From a virus (Duplodnaviria; Caudoviricetes): 64,000 nucleotides of DNA. This document shows positions 52,981 through 63,427 of the stretch, piece by piece; position 1 is the stretch's first letter, and every line of letters starts with the position of its first letter. The DNA lies in IMG/VR virus record IMGVR_UViG_3300025398_000635, positions 9,666 to 73,665 of that record, one strand, 5' to 3'. The notes under the pieces are model-generated. The model was given only the letters and a program-made list of their open reading frames with translations. It ran no database searches and had not been told where the DNA came from. A program made the translations under genes and the position numbers.

Positions 52981-53380
52981 CTTGGTTATCTTCCTCTTGC
53001 TGATTCTTTAATTGTTCTACAATCAAGTCTAAATTATATATCCGATTTTTACTAATTAAGTGGTACGGAGTGAGTTCATCACCGGTAATATAATGAGTAT
53101 TTGGTGCAGACAGCAACAAAGTAATGAATTTTTGGGTAATAGGATCACAATTATCAACATCGACGATTACACAATCTACCTGTTGAGCAACACTGAGCAT
53201 CCAGCTGATATCCGAATCATCTTGATCAAAAATAAACACATTAAGATCTTCTATGCTTTGGCTAAGAATTGTCTGAAACTGTTCTTTAACTAATTGGCTT
53301 GGTTTTATCAAAAGATATGCCAAGTTCATGTTGAACAATCTATCAGGCGGTGTTATTAGAGTTATTTTTCCTAAGTTCAT
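52961..53380 (-). CDS. Hypothetical phage protein
   Basis: ORF from [13 protein letters not shown]. Confidence 0.65.
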   Translation of the reverse strand: MNLGKITLITPPDRLFNMNLAYLLIKPSQLVKEQFQTILSQSIEDLNVFIFDQDDSDISWMLSVAQQVDCVIVDVDNCDPITQKFITLLLSAPNTHYITGDELTPYHLISKNRIYNLDLIVEQLKNQQEEDNQDDASEE

Positions 53381-53666
53381 GTATACGCTCTTCAAAGTAT
53401 TCTATTTTTTCCATCGGATAGTCACTAAATCTAGGACCATGCAATTTTGTCTCTTTTACAAATGCTGCCAATTCTGGTTCAGTTTTTTCATCAACATTAA
53501 AATCTGTAAATTGATGATCACCATATTCCTTGTACAACTGATCAATGGGTTGTAATCCTATTATTTTACTCCAAATACTACCTGTACCTTGTTCTTGATT
53601 TTGTATATAGCCTATGTTCGATTCTTGGTAATCAGATTCCCTTCCGAGTCCTTGATCATGTAAGTC
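53343..53666 (-). CDS. Putative -1 frameshift extension (107 codons) of 53612..54859
   Basis: Frame open from the A-AAA-AAG slippery site at 53672-53666 to TGA 53343; no good own start. Confidence 0.55.
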   Translation of the reverse strand, partial: DLHDQGLGRESDYQESNIGYIQNQEQGTGSIWSKIIGLQPIDQLYKEYGDHQFTDFNVDEKTEPELAAFVKETKLHGPRFSDYPMEKIEYFEERIHELRKNNSNNTA

Positions 53667-54859
53667 TTTTTTTTTGATTCATCGACAGGAAGATCGATGT
53701 CAGGGACAGCTAACTGAGGTTCTTCGATTTCAGCTTCTTCCAATGCTGAAATTTCATTACCTTCGTTATCAATATAAGTTTCGCCTTTAGCCACACGTTC
53801 TTCTACTGTAGTTTCCTGTGATTTGGCCACTTCGCGTTCCGCCTCTTCAATCATTTTATTCCAACGATCGAGTTCAGTCTCTTCTTCAATTTCAGGAGTA
53901 TCTGTAACGATTGTTTGTTCTCCAATTTGAACCAGCTGATCAGCAGTTAGCTCTGTATCAGTTTGTTCATCTTGAGATTCTTGTTTCTTATCCCAGAATC
54001 GGGCTTTCTCTTTAGCACGAGTAAACCATTCGCTAACAGTAGTATCGTTAAATGCCTCAGTTAATTCATCGGCTTGGTCATCTAACCATGTATGTTCTTT
54101 TTCTTCTTTAGCCCAAGCAAAGGACATCTGTGCCGCCAACAGCATAATAACTGCCAGTGGATCGAACACAATAACAATCATAATAATAACCCAGGTCACT
54201 GCTTTTTCTAGTATCGTAGCATCGGGATTAACACCGTAGATCAGTGCGGCAATATATTTGATTGGTCCGACTTCTGCTTCTACCTTACGTAGATCCTTAG
54301 CAATAGGAGCACGTTCTTCGTTTAATGAAGCGATTGTCTTTTGAGATTTTTGGATATCGTTTTGTAAGTTACTACGTTCTTTAGCTTGGCTTCGACGTAG
54401 TGCGGCAGCTTTATCGGCACCTTTCTCATCACTACTACGACTCATAGTTTGATCCACAGCCGAGTCCATTTGTGTTAGAGCTCTGCGAGCTGACTCAATG
54501 TTGTCTCGTTCGGTTTTGATTTTTTCGTCTATGATAGCGACTTTGTCAACAACGTCACCGCTTACCAAACTTTGATCTAAGTGTGCTTTTGATAAGAAAC
54601 CAAAAATACCCATCGATGTAATCATCATGAGTACTATGACTGCGATACACATGTATGTTTTCATCAACATGGGTACACGGGTCCAATTGGCCTTAATCCA
54701 TGTGGCGCATACTAATTTGGCAACTTCGAGGGTGGCGCCCATTATCATAACTGGAATCGCCGCGGCCGCGAAGATTGAAGTAAGCCCTACTACACTATAG
54801 TAAATGGCTACCGCTGATATTGTAAGACCAGTTAAAAGGAGCAGATATGCAAGTATCAT
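53612..54859 (-). CDS. Membrane coiled-coil protein
   Basis: Three N-terminal TMs, coiled coil, TM, acidic tail. Confidence 0.8.
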   Translation of the reverse strand: MILAYLLLLTGLTISAVAIYYSVVGLTSIFAAAAIPVMIMGATLEVAKLVCATWIKANWTRVPMLMKTYMCIAVIVLMMITSMGIFGFLSKAHLDQSLVSGDVVDKVAIIDEKIKTERDNIESARRALTQMDSAVDQTMSRSSDEKGADKAAALRRSQAKERSNLQNDIQKSQKTIASLNEERAPIAKDLRKVEAEVGPIKYIAALIYGVNPDATILEKAVTWVIIMIVIVFDPLAVIMLLAAQMSFAWAKEEKEHTWLDDQADELTEAFNDTTVSEWFTRAKEKARFWDKKQESQDEQTDTELTADQLVQIGEQTIVTDTPEIEEETELDRWNKMIEEAEREVAKSQETTVEERVAKGETYIDNEGNEISALEEAEIEEPQLAVPDIDLPVDESKKKTYMIKDSEGNLITKNRT

Positions 54860-54889
54860 CCGGTAGTGCTTTCTATATTATAAGGTTGA

Positions 54890-55498
54890 TTAAGTTAAAG
54901 TAGTTCCAGAAATTTGGCTAACACTAACAACACCAACTAGGGTGGCGTTACTTACTGCGGCATTAGCTGTAACTGATTGTTGTGTTCCAGCACTGCTTAC
55001 AGGATCATAAACACGCATAGATTCTGTAGTACCGTTGTATAATCCGCTAGCGACTGCATTGGCAATAACTTTGGCATTGGTATTCATAGGATTACCAGCG
55101 GCATCATTACCCACTGTAGCTGTACCTTGTTTGGTTCCAGTCTGTGGTAAGAATGTGTCACGATCGAACTTTACAGTGAATGCCAATGCTGTAGCTTGTG
55201 TGCTGCCATCGGTTTCGCCCGTTAGTACGATATCTAAAATTTGACAATCTGCTATACTGGTGATTTGATTAACTACTTGTTTGAAACGTAGATTACCACG
55301 AGCACGACTTAGTGCTAGTGCGGCTGTACTTGGTAAACTTGCACCTGAGAAATAATCCCAAGTGTTTGGGGTGCAACCACCGTCTTGATGATTACCCAAA
55401 TCTGTTGTTGGGAAATTTGTTGAGTTGCTCATGTCAATCACAACACGGTAAAAATTTGGTTGTAATTGATCTAAATCTTGTTGAAATCCTGATGCCAT
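54890..55498 (-). CDS. Hypothetical late (virion-type) protein
   Basis: S/T/A/G-rich; ATAAATA and AGGAG upstream. Confidence 0.65.
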   Translation of the reverse strand: MASGFQQDLDQLQPNFYRVVIDMSNSTNFPTTDLGNHQDGGCTPNTWDYFSGASLPSTAALALSRARGNLRFKQVVNQITSIADCQILDIVLTGETDGSTQATALAFTVKFDRDTFLPQTGTKQGTATVGNDAAGNPMNTNAKVIANAVASGLYNGTTESMRVYDPVSSAGTQQSVTANAAVSNATLVGVVSVSQISGTTLT

Positions 55499-55551
55499 GG
55501 TCCTGCTCCTTAATTGATAGTGTATTTATCAGCAAAACACCTCTAGTAGTG

Positions 55552-55580
55552 ATTATATATTAGAGGTGTCCGATAGTCAA
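55552..55580 (-). promoter_or_regulatory. sigma70 promoter TTGACT-N17-TATAAT
   Basis: Near-consensus. Confidence 0.65.
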
Positions 55581-55581
55581 C

Positions 55582-55935
55582 TTATTTGAATATAATCAAG
55601 GCCATCAAGCCTGCCTGGACAAAGAACCCAAATCCTATGGTTACAATGTTTAAAAAGTCCTTTTGGATGGCGGCTTTGATGAAAAAGCAGAATAACCCAG
55701 CCCATGCAAACAATACTAGGTCTACAGGTGGCATTTTTTCAGTTAATCCTGTTAAAACTGCCAACAGTGTAGGAATAGTAGCTAGGTGCATTAGAATAAC
55801 TGCTATCCACCCCATGGTTTCTGCACTCACTGTAGGTGCATGTGTTTTGATATTTTTAACTAGCAAATCTAAATCAAATAGATCGTGTATTTTTGATTTG
55901 AGCTGGCTTAAAAATAATTGTGTTTTTGCGTTCAT
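55582..55935 (-). CDS. Three-helix membrane protein, PQ-loop/SemiSWEET-like
   Basis: GWIAVILMHLATIPT...LFAWAGLFCFFI..I.KD..I.I pattern. Confidence 0.45.
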   Translation of the reverse strand: MNAKTQLFLSQLKSKIHDLFDLDLLVKNIKTHAPTVSAETMGWIAVILMHLATIPTLLAVLTGLTEKMPPVDLVLFAWAGLFCFFIKAAIQKDFLNIVTIGFGFFVQAGLMALIIFK

Positions 55936-55943
55936 GCTAGACC

Positions 55944-56474
55944 TTAATTGTAAAAGATATGATGTCCAATTTTGGCCACAGGTTTTTTGCCCCAGCCCGG
56001 TTGAACATAATCACCGTGGAAATATAATGCATTTTTCAAATCTGGAAGTCTAAATCCTTCTAAGAGTACTTTCTTTGCTACTTCCATGGATTCGGTGTAC
56101 ATTGGACCATTCATTGGTTTCATGGCACTTGGGCCTTCACAATACCAGCTAAACTGGCACATGACTTTTTCGTACACTACATTCTTTTGATATACAACCT
56201 TACAGATGTCGCTAGGAAATGCGCCAGATTCTGTACGGTTGATTGTGACCTGTGCAACAGCTACTTTGCCTTCAAATGGCTCAGAGCCTGCTTCATGATA
56301 TATGTTACGAGCTAGACAATCTAATTGAGTTTGTCTCATTTGAGCTGTAACTGGACTCGTTTGTTCACGAGCTTGTTTTAGGTGTTCAAACTTACGACTT
56401 ACTGCTTCTTGTGCTACAAATAATACTGATAGTGCTACTACTAAATTTACTGCAATTTTGATAATGCGTATCAT
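55944..56474 (-). CDS. SleB-family cell wall hydrolase (Hydrolase_2) with N-terminal anchor
   Basis: CLARNIYHEAGSE..GK.AVAQV..NR, CQFSW, ALYFH.DYV.P.W, IGHHIFY; start moved to 56474 (AAGGAG). Confidence 0.92.
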   Translation of the reverse strand: MIRIIKIAVNLVVALSVLFVAQEAVSRKFEHLKQAREQTSPVTAQMRQTQLDCLARNIYHEAGSEPFEGKVAVAQVTINRTESGAFPSDICKVVYQKNVVYEKVMCQFSWYCEGPSAMKPMNGPMYTESMEVAKKVLLEGFRLPDLKNALYFHGDYVQPGWGKKPVAKIGHHIFYN

Positions 56475-56648
56475 GTTTTTCTCCTTTACGCTGGATGAGG
56501 TATCGCTAGTACCGTCATTAAATCGGCTGTGTTTATTTCTCCTATAAAAATTAGCCTTACTACTCGTGTCCTCTAAACCCTTAGGGGACAATATATAGTT
56601 ATCCTCTGTTTCATGAGGTAAAATACTATTATTATGATTGGGCAATAT

Positions 56649-57050
56649 TTATCTCCGCATTTTGGATATATCAACCGCTTCATCATCACTAAAAATAGGC
56701 ACTGCATTGCTTTTATGCATGGTTCCGATGCCCTTAACTTTGGTTCCGGTGTAGATTTTGTCAGCACCCTTAGTACAAGCCACCCAACCAGTGTCACGAC
56801 TTTCGATCCGGGGCAGGTCTGATCCCCGGAAACTAGTTGGTGGAGCCTGATAAACTTCGGCAGTTAACGCCCTTTTACGCTTGCGGGCTTCTTGTTCGAT
56901 ACCCTGCTGTTTGAGCAGTTCTTTCCATTGCTCATCTAATTGTTCAGCCTTACGTTTGGCTTCTGCGCTGGCCCATTTCTTTTTGCCTTTTTTCTTACCG
57001 GTAGTACTAAGCCACGGGCCTTCAAGGTGCATTGACAATCTAAACTCCAA
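56649..57050 (-). CDS. Conserved T4-like phage hypothetical protein
   Basis: C-terminal YTG..VKGIGTMHKSNAVP motif. Confidence 0.7.
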   Translation of the reverse strand: MEFRLSMHLEGPWLSTTGKKKGKKKWASAEAKRKAEQLDEQWKELLKQQGIEQEARKRKRALTAEVYQAPPTSFRGSDLPRIESRDTGWVACTKGADKIYTGTKVKGIGTMHKSNAVPIFSDDEAVDISKMRR

Positions 57051-57068
57051 ACTGTTAATAATAGTAAT

Positions 57069-57097
57069 ATTATACAGTAATGCTACCTATTTGTCAA
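57069..57097 (-). promoter_or_regulatory. sigma70 promoter TTGACA-N17-TATAAT
   Basis: Perfect consensus. Confidence 0.85.
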
Positions 57098-57101
57098 GTT
57101 G

Positions 57102-57431
57102 TTAGGAATTATAACTTTGGATTACATCGTTTAGCAGTTCATCCAAATCCTTGTCTAGCATTTGGGTATTAAGTTCATATATATCATCATCTATGCCCTC
57201 TGTATCTGTAAAACCTAAAATCTCAAATACTTCTCTTCGACTAATTTGCTCATTCCGCATATTAGCCACCCAAATTACAGTAATAACCATACAGGCTATA
57301 ATTTTTTCATCTGAGTAGATATCGTGTTTTTTGCACCATTCTACAGCCTGATTTACATGATAGGTTATATCTTCAATTCGATGTTCTAATTGGGCGATCC
57401 ATTCTAATGTGTTATCTCGATTCCAGGTCAT
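57102..57431 (-). CDS. Hypothetical protein
   Basis: ORF from MTWNRDN, coupled to the iscA stop. Confidence 0.6.
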   Translation of the reverse strand: MTWNRDNTLEWIAQLEHRIEDITYHVNQAVEWCKKHDIYSDEKIIACMVITVIWVANMRNEQISRREVFEILGFTDTEGIDDDIYELNTQMLDKDLDELLNDVIQSYNS

Positions 57432-57772
57432 ACTCGAAAACTTTCCCCGCATCCACATTCATCTTTGGCATTTGGATTGATAAATTTGAATCCTTCGTTG
57501 AGTCCGTCTCTAACATAGTCTACAGTCATACCTGTAAGATATGGAAAATCTTTTTTTGAACATACTACTTTGGCATATTGATTGCCACCCATCCAATACA
57601 GGGTATTTTCATCCAGGCTGTCGAGATATTCTAGTGTATAGGCCAATCCAGAACATCCGGTAGTTTTTACACCTACACAAATCCCTATACCTTTGCCACG
57701 CTGAGCTAGCTTTTTTTGGATCTGTTTGGCGGCTGCCTCAGTTAAGATTATTGGTTTTTCTTCTGTAGTCAT
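57428..57772 (-). CDS. iscA: A-type Fe-S carrier IscA/HesB
   Basis: GVKTTGCSGLAY, F.NPNAKDECGCGESF. Confidence 0.93.
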   Translation of the reverse strand: MTTEEKPIILTEAAAKQIQKKLAQRGKGIGICVGVKTTGCSGLAYTLEYLDSLDENTLYWMGGNQYAKVVCSKKDFPYLTGMTVDYVRDGLNEGFKFINPNAKDECGCGESFRV

Positions 57773-58124
57773 CTATGGCAGCCTTAATAGCGTCTTCCGC
57801 AAGGATACTGCAATGGATCTTAACCGGCGGGAGTGCGAGCTCCTCTGCAATCGCAGAATTCTTAATTGATCCAGCCTGCTCCAGCGTTTTACCCTTGACC
57901 CATTCGGTGACAAGTGACGATGAAGCGATCGCCGACCCACAGCCATAAGTTTTAAATTTCGCATCTATTATTATTCCGTCTTCTACTTTAATTTGTAATT
58001 TCATCACGTCACCGCAGGCCGGGGCCCCGACCATACCAGTGCCTACCGCTGGATCAGCCGCATCCATTTTTCCTACGTTACGTGGATTTTCATAGTGATC
58101 TAATACTTTATCGCTGTAGGCCAT
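57738..58124 (-). CDS. iscU: Fe-S scaffold IscU
   Basis: YSDKVLDHYENPRNVG, GAPACGDVM, GCGSAIAS, LPPVKIHCS. Confidence 0.97.
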   Translation of the reverse strand: MAYSDKVLDHYENPRNVGKMDAADPAVGTGMVGAPACGDVMKLQIKVEDGIIIDAKFKTYGCGSAIASSSLVTEWVKGKTLEQAGSIKNSAIAEELALPPVKIHCSILAEDAIKAAIDDYRRKTNNLN

Positions 58125-58125
58125 A

Positions 58126-58290
58126 TTATTTCTTTACCGGAGGTTGAGGTGGTTTAGGTGCCTGCGGTGGTTGAGGAGTTTGACGTGGTTGTTGTACTGG
58201 CTTTTTTAAATCGTTGAATATATTAGCAAGCCCTGCAGCCGATACTGTGGATACACTAACTAAAATAATAAAGGTATACAGGTATTTCAT
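58126..58290 (-). CDS. Small secreted Pro/Gln-rich protein (54 aa)
   Basis: Hand-called; signal peptide followed by PQP repeats. Confidence 0.6.
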   Translation of the reverse strand: MKYLYTFIILVSVSTVSAAGLANIFNDLKKPVQQPRQTPQPPQAPKPPQPPVKK

Positions 58291-58291
58291 T

Positions 58292-58633
58292 TTAATTTGG
58301 AACTAGCACAGCTCTATAGCAATTACAGTTAGCATCTACTAGTGCTTCCCAATGGTATCCTGCAGGTGCTGGATAGACTGGTGGGTATATTGGTGGATTT
58401 TGTTGCTGAATATAAACTGGTTGCTGTTGAATTACAACTGGCGGACGAGTAGCTTCGTACACAATAACACCACCGACTACAGCTGGAACTGCCCAGCCAT
58501 AGCCTGGATGATAGTAGTATGCTCCGCCACCATGTCGCCAACGTTCAGCATGGGCGTCAGCAGAAAACGCAAACAAAGCACTCATTGTTAAAATACTAGC
58601 AAACACTGAAATTACAATTAATTTACTTTTCAT
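58292..58633 (-). CDS. Secreted Pro/Tyr-rich protein
   Basis: Signal peptide AHA; PVVIQQQPVY; C-terminal CNC. Confidence 0.65.
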   Translation of the reverse strand: MKSKLIVISVFASILTMSALFAFSADAHAERWRHGGGAYYYHPGYGWAVPAVVGGVIVYEATRPPVVIQQQPVYIQQQNPPIYPPVYPAPAGYHWEALVDANCNCYRAVLVPN

Positions 58634-58659
58634 ACTGCACTCCTTGATATTATTACTTA

Positions 58660-58950
58660 TTAAACTAACTTAATACCGCTAGTCTGTTCGGTGTAACGAT
58701 CTGCGGCATCTTTAACAGTAGATGCTAGCACCATAATGGTACTACGATTGATAGTAACTTCAGCATCTGGGTCTGTTGTAAATAAAAACGGAACAAGTCC
58801 AATACCATCTTTAGTAGCTGTCAAACACAATGGCTTACTAACTTTAATACCATTAGCGCCATCTTCGATCAATTTAGCCACAATCTCTTCTCCAGCTGTA
58901 GTTTTGATCGTAACTACTTCACCTGCGGTAACACCTTTTGAAATTAACAT
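58660..58950 (-). CDS. Hypothetical protein (Sm-like pattern)
   Basis: GEVVTIKTTAGEEIVAKL; start moved to 58950. Confidence 0.6.
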   Translation of the reverse strand: MLISKGVTAGEVVTIKTTAGEEIVAKLIEDGANGIKVSKPLCLTATKDGIGLVPFLFTTDPDAEVTINRSTIMVLASTVKDAADRYTEQTSGIKLV

Positions 58951-58951
58951 A

Positions 58952-59179
58952 TTATACCTTTTCGAAATATTTTTTGAGTTCTGTAAATCCGCCAATATAA
59001 TTATCGTCTAAAAATATCTGCGGCAAAGTTCTGGCTGTGGGAACTGCCTCTAACAGTTGTTCTTTGGTCCATGTTGTTTGAACATTACGTTCTTCGTATT
59101 CAATACCTTTCATTTCTAACAGGGCTTTGGCCTGTACACAAAATGGGCAGGCGTTTTTACTCCATACTATTGCTTTCAT
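58952..59179 (-). CDS. nrdC: Glutaredoxin
   Basis: CPFC, TLPQIF, IGGFTEL; start at MKAIVW. Confidence 0.9.
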   Translation of the reverse strand: MKAIVWSKNACPFCVQAKALLEMKGIEYEERNVQTTWTKEQLLEAVPTARTLPQIFLDDNYIGGFTELKKYFEKV

Positions 59180-59198
59180 TTTAATTCCTCTTTGCTTA

Positions 59199-60299
59199 TT
59201 ATAACGTCGGAAGGGCGTCGTAGTCAATACCTTCGGACATGACTCCGATTACGTAATTGGTACTTTCGTTTTCCTGAAGAGCAGTTTGCTTTTTACTAGT
59301 GTCCGTATGCTTGTTGAACCAAGGAATTGGTGTGGATTTTGGAGCATTGGCTTGATACTTAATGCCAATATCTTTAAGTGCGCCCACTGCTGTGTAATCC
59401 ACAAAATCTTTTAGAATATTTGCGTTAAGTCCAATAACTGGTCCTTTTTGGAACAAGTAGTCAGCCCATTCTTTTTCTTCTCGGATAACATCCATGTACA
59501 ACTGATATACTTCTTGTTCACATTCGGTTTTGATGTCAGCAAATCGTTGATCTTCTTTGATTACTTGATTGATCAAGTAGGCTGTCCAACCTTTGTGTAG
59601 TAATTCATCTTGTAGGATTAAACTGATAATATTGCCATTACCAATAAAGATCTTGTTCTCTACCATGGCCAAGCTGGTAGCAAATGACACCATAAAGCGA
59701 AACGCTTCTAAGGCATAACTGGCATGTAGAGCCATCCAAATGGCTTTGATATGTGTGCGTTCATTGATCTTTTCTCCTGCCTCTTTACGACAGTTGATTA
59801 GATGCAGTGCGTCATAATAATTTCCTACCGAACTTGCCATGTCTACGATTTCTGTAGTATCGTGAATGGTGTTGAACACATCCTTAGGCACATTGTAGAT
59901 ATTACGAATTATATGACTGTAGCTCTTACTGTGGATGTTGGTTTCGTAGAATGTCCAATTATAAACTAGAGCTTCTAATTCTGGTAAACTAACAACCGGA
60001 GTAAAGATTTGACTAGGTCCACGACCTTGCAGACTATCTAAAGCAGTCTGGCGAAGTAGATTACTAGTAAAGATATGTCGAATGGCATCTGAGGCATCTT
60101 TAAAGTCATTAGCATCTTTACTAAGACTAATCTCTTCGGGTTGCCAGAAGAAGCCTCGGGCTGTCGCTTCAAAGTCTGCAATCTTACGATATTTAGTCTC
60201 CTCAAATCTCTGTATTGTGACTGGACCTGCAGGATCTAAGAACATCTTACGATTAAGATAATCAGTTGGTTTGCTTAAATCATATTGTTGTTTTGACAT
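59199..60299 (-). CDS. nrdB: Class Ia ribonucleotide reductase beta subunit
   Basis: [32 protein letters not shown]. Confidence 0.96.
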   Translation of the reverse strand: MSKQQYDLSKPTDYLNRKMFLDPAGPVTIQRFEETKYRKIADFEATARGFFWQPEEISLSKDANDFKDASDAIRHIFTSNLLRQTALDSLQGRGPSQIFTPVVSLPELEALVYNWTFYETNIHSKSYSHIIRNIYNVPKDVFNTIHDTTEIVDMASSVGNYYDALHLINCRKEAGEKINERTHIKAIWMALHASYALEAFRFMVSFATSLAMVENKIFIGNGNIISLILQDELLHKGWTAYLINQVIKEDQRFADIKTECEQEVYQLYMDVIREEKEWADYLFQKGPVIGLNANILKDFVDYTAVGALKDIGIKYQANAPKSTPIPWFNKHTDTSKKQTALQENESTNYVIGVMSEGIDYDALPTL

Positions 60300-60816
60300 T
60301 TTTATTCCTTCTCAATTGAGCTTCTCTCATTTTTTGTTTTGTTTCTTCTGATCGCTTAACTCCAACTGGATTAGAATTTTTATTATGCGATAATCTTAAT
60401 TTCAATTTAGTTTCTTCAGACTTTGCTCGACCTTTTAGTTTTTCACGCACTTGACGTTTTCTTTCTTCCGATTGCGGCGGTCTTTTAATACCTTTTAAAG
60501 CATTACTTATTTTAGATTTATGATCTTCTGTAAAAACTATTCCAGCCGTACCTTCTCCGCCGTCTGTTCTATTATGCAATATACCAGTACCTAAATCTTT
60601 TCTACCGTACCATCGAATCATTCTTCGTTCAAGTGCTAGAGCTCCAACTTCTGTTAAGTTAGATTCTAAAATAATGATATAAGATTTTTCTGGAGTATGT
60701 ACACCTTTATTGTTAATTCGGTGTTGTTCCCATGCTCGATCATCTTTTCCCTTACCAATATAGTAGGGTGTGCCATCTTTTCTCAAGTAGGCATAGATGT
60801 AATAGTGTAAATACAT
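60280..60816 (-). CDS. Free-standing GIY-YIG homing endonuclease with NUMOD3-like repeats
   Basis: YYIYAY...YYIGKG, N.TDGGEG, SEETK repeats; start ATG 60816 after GAGGAG. Confidence 0.88.
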   Translation of the reverse strand: MYLHYYIYAYLRKDGTPYYIGKGKDDRAWEQHRINNKGVHTPEKSYIIILESNLTEVGALALERRMIRWYGRKDLGTGILHNRTDGGEGTAGIVFTEDHKSKISNALKGIKRPPQSEERKRQVREKLKGRAKSEETKLKLRLSHNKNSNPVGVKRSEETKQKMREAQLRRNKNVKTTI

Positions 60817-60887
60817 TTGCTGTAACTCCTCACAGTTATAGAGCCGGTGGATATTATCAGTATCGCGATCGGCACTTGTATTTATCA

Positions 60888-63212
60888 TTACAACTTACAA
60901 GCCTCGCAATCTTCTTCGTCATCAAAATCTATTGGCTCTAACATAGGCGGCGCTTCCTCTACATCTGCTTTAGCACCCTGTTTATTTACGAGGCTGTAAT
61001 AGAAGGTTTTCAGACCCCATGCATGTGCCTGCATCAAGTTCTTGGCAATTAATGTAGTTGGAACTTTACGATCTGCCCAGTGTGCTGGATTGTAAAAAGT
61101 ATTTGTACTCAGACTCTGATCAACATAGGCTGCAATGACAGCCGCTGTCTTTAAATATCCGTCGCAGTCTTTTTGTTCCCACATTAGTTGATACTTGTTC
61201 TTTAACTTAGCATATTCTGGTACAACTTGTGTAAATGATCCTGCCTTTGATTCTTTAGTACTGATCAAGCTCATGGGCATTTCAATACCATTAGTGCTGT
61301 TTATAACAACACTACTGCTTTCAACTGGTGCAACGGCCATTAAAGTTGCGTTGCGAACACCATACTGTTTCATATTTGTACGTAGTGTTTCCCAATCGAG
61401 TTCTGGAGCAAAGTCTGCTAATTGATTAACACCCTCTGCTCGTAATTCCCAAGGGAATATGCCTTGACCATATCGTGTATGTGAGCTATGCAGACAAGCG
61501 CCACGCTCTCGGGCCAACTCTACAGTAGCCTCTGTTAGATAAAATGCTTGATGTTCCATCCAGCTTTTAACATCTTGTAGTGCATCTTTATCGCCATACT
61601 TTAATCCACGCTTGGCATGCCAATAGGCCAAGTTAGTGATACCAATGCCCAGAGGACTGATTTCATCGTTGCTGAGTTTGCTTTGAATACTTAGGAAATC
61701 TTGGTAATCAAGTATGTTGCATAGGCTACGCTGTAGTATACGGCAAGCACGACGCATGTCTTCTGGATTACGGAAAGCTCCCCAGTTGATTGATCCCAGT
61801 GTACATAACGCTATGCGACCTTCGACGTCATCCAGACGTTTGAAAGATTTTGTAGGTAATAGGATCTCACAACATAAATTGCTTTGGTAGATAGTATGGA
61901 ACTCAGGATCAAATGGTCCTTGATTTTGTACGTTGTCAATAAACACTAAGTAGATCCGTCCTGTATCAGTCCGTTCTTTTAATATACCACTTTTGAATAC
62001 TTCTTCAGCACTCATAGTTTTCTTACGTAAGTCTTTACGCTTTTCATACTTGACGTATAGCTCTTCAAACAACTCGGTGTTCTTGTAAAACGCTTCGTAT
62101 AGATCAGGCACCTCATTAGGGTCAAAGAAAGTTATGTTTTCTTTATTTTTGAATCGTCTCCAGAAGAAGGCTGATAGTACGACTCCGTAGTCCATGTGTC
62201 GGACTCGAGTTTCTTCAGTTCCTTGATTATTCTTGAGAACGATAAGATCGTCAAACTGATGATGCCAAATAGGATAAAATACTGTGGCTGAAGCATTGCG
62301 GATTCCTCCCTGTGAACAACTACGTAAATCACCGAACCATTTCTTTAAGAATGGGATCATGCCTGTGTGCATAATCTCTCCACCACGAATAGGACTACCT
62401 AGTGGACGTAAGCGACCGATCTCTAGACCAATGCCTGCACGTTTGCTGGCATACTTGGCCATCATCTCCCCAGAAGCAAATATGCTATCCAGATCGTCGT
62501 CACTGCGGATAAGCACACAACTCGAAAACTGTTTAGTTGGAGTGCCAAGGCCAGCCAACACAGGTGTTGCAAGAGTAAATAGACCATCTGACGCCGCGTT
62601 GTAATACTCTTTGATGTAACGCATACGGGCTGATCCAGGTTCTTCTTTATGGAATACAGTAGCGGCCGCAATAATATACCTAATTTGTGGCGTCTCATAG
62701 ATCTCTTTTGTTGCGCGATTGCGAACAAGATACTTCTCGATAAGTTGTTCAATTGCTGCATAACTATATAATTCATCCTTTTCGTGATCCAGCATTTCAT
62801 TCATTTTATTCCAATCGTCTTCGGTATACCACTCTAGTAATTCCGGTGTGTATAGTCCAACATCGACATTTTTCTTTACGATCGTGTAAAGGTGAGGAAC
62901 CGTATATGATCCATATACATCTTTACGTAGCATTGATAAACGTTGTTTACCTGCTACATATTGATAGTTAATGTTTCCTAAATCTGGATTTGATTCTACA
63001 TCGATAAGGTCAACGATTGCTCGCAACGTTACCTCATCTATTTCCTGTGTGGTGATGCCGTCATAAAAGTGTGGCTGACTTTTGATTTCAATCATACTTT
63101 GACTGACATCAGCAATGCCTTGGCAAACTTTAGTTATTTGGGCTTGCCATTTTTCTACTGCTAAAGGTTCTCGCTCACCACTTCGTTTTATTACTGTAAT
63201 CTTGCTGTTCAT
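60888..63212 (-). CDS. nrdA: Class Ia ribonucleotide reductase alpha subunit
   Basis: ATP cone, QFSSC, SNLCCEI, APVESSS, KTFYY, C-terminal CEAC. Confidence 0.97.
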   Translation of the reverse strand: MNSKITVIKRSGEREPLAVEKWQAQITKVCQGIADVSQSMIEIKSQPHFYDGITTQEIDEVTLRAIVDLIDVESNPDLGNINYQYVAGKQRLSMLRKDVYGSYTVPHLYTIVKKNVDVGLYTPELLEWYTEDDWNKMNEMLDHEKDELYSYAAIEQLIEKYLVRNRATKEIYETPQIRYIIAAATVFHKEEPGSARMRYIKEYYNAASDGLFTLATPVLAGLGTPTKQFSSCVLIRSDDDLDSIFASGEMMAKYASKRAGIGLEIGRLRPLGSPIRGGEIMHTGMIPFLKKWFGDLRSCSQGGIRNASATVFYPIWHHQFDDLIVLKNNQGTEETRVRHMDYGVVLSAFFWRRFKNKENITFFDPNEVPDLYEAFYKNTELFEELYVKYEKRKDLRKKTMSAEEVFKSGILKERTDTGRIYLVFIDNVQNQGPFDPEFHTIYQSNLCCEILLPTKSFKRLDDVEGRIALCTLGSINWGAFRNPEDMRRACRILQRSLCNILDYQDFLSIQSKLSNDEISPLGIGITNLAYWHAKRGLKYGDKDALQDVKSWMEHQAFYLTEATVELARERGACLHSSHTRYGQGIFPWELRAEGVNQLADFAPELDWETLRTNMKQYGVRNATLMAVAPVESSSVVINSTNGIEMPMSLISTKESKAGSFTQVVPEYAKLKNKYQLMWEQKDCDGYLKTAAVIAAYVDQSLSTNTFYNPAHWADRKVPTTLIAKNLMQAHAWGLKTFYYSLVNKQGAKADVEEAPPMLEPIDFDDEEDCEACKL

Positions 63213-63427
63213 GTTTGCTTTAACTTATATTTTTGATTATGTACTTACTCGACAACCTATTTCTAAAAAGTATTTAGTGAGAGGCATCGTCTCAGCAAAA
63301 CTTATTGAAAGTCAATGGTTTGCAAGCGGTTTTCGCAAAAAATTGTGTTGGGGAGTAGGTGACAAATCTTATCATGCTTATAATTTAAATTATATACGCA
63401 TTTATTAAAAAAATCTATCAGTTTGAG

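Noticed and set aside
50033-62971. Long antisense ORFs inside dnaK, nrdA, iscU and the cyclase gene
   Set aside because: They are codon-bias shadows of well-conserved genes, with no starts or motifs.
59199-63212. Group I intron or intein in nrdA/nrdB
   Set aside because: Both ORFs are uninterrupted and of normal length; the GIY-YIG gene is free-standing between them.
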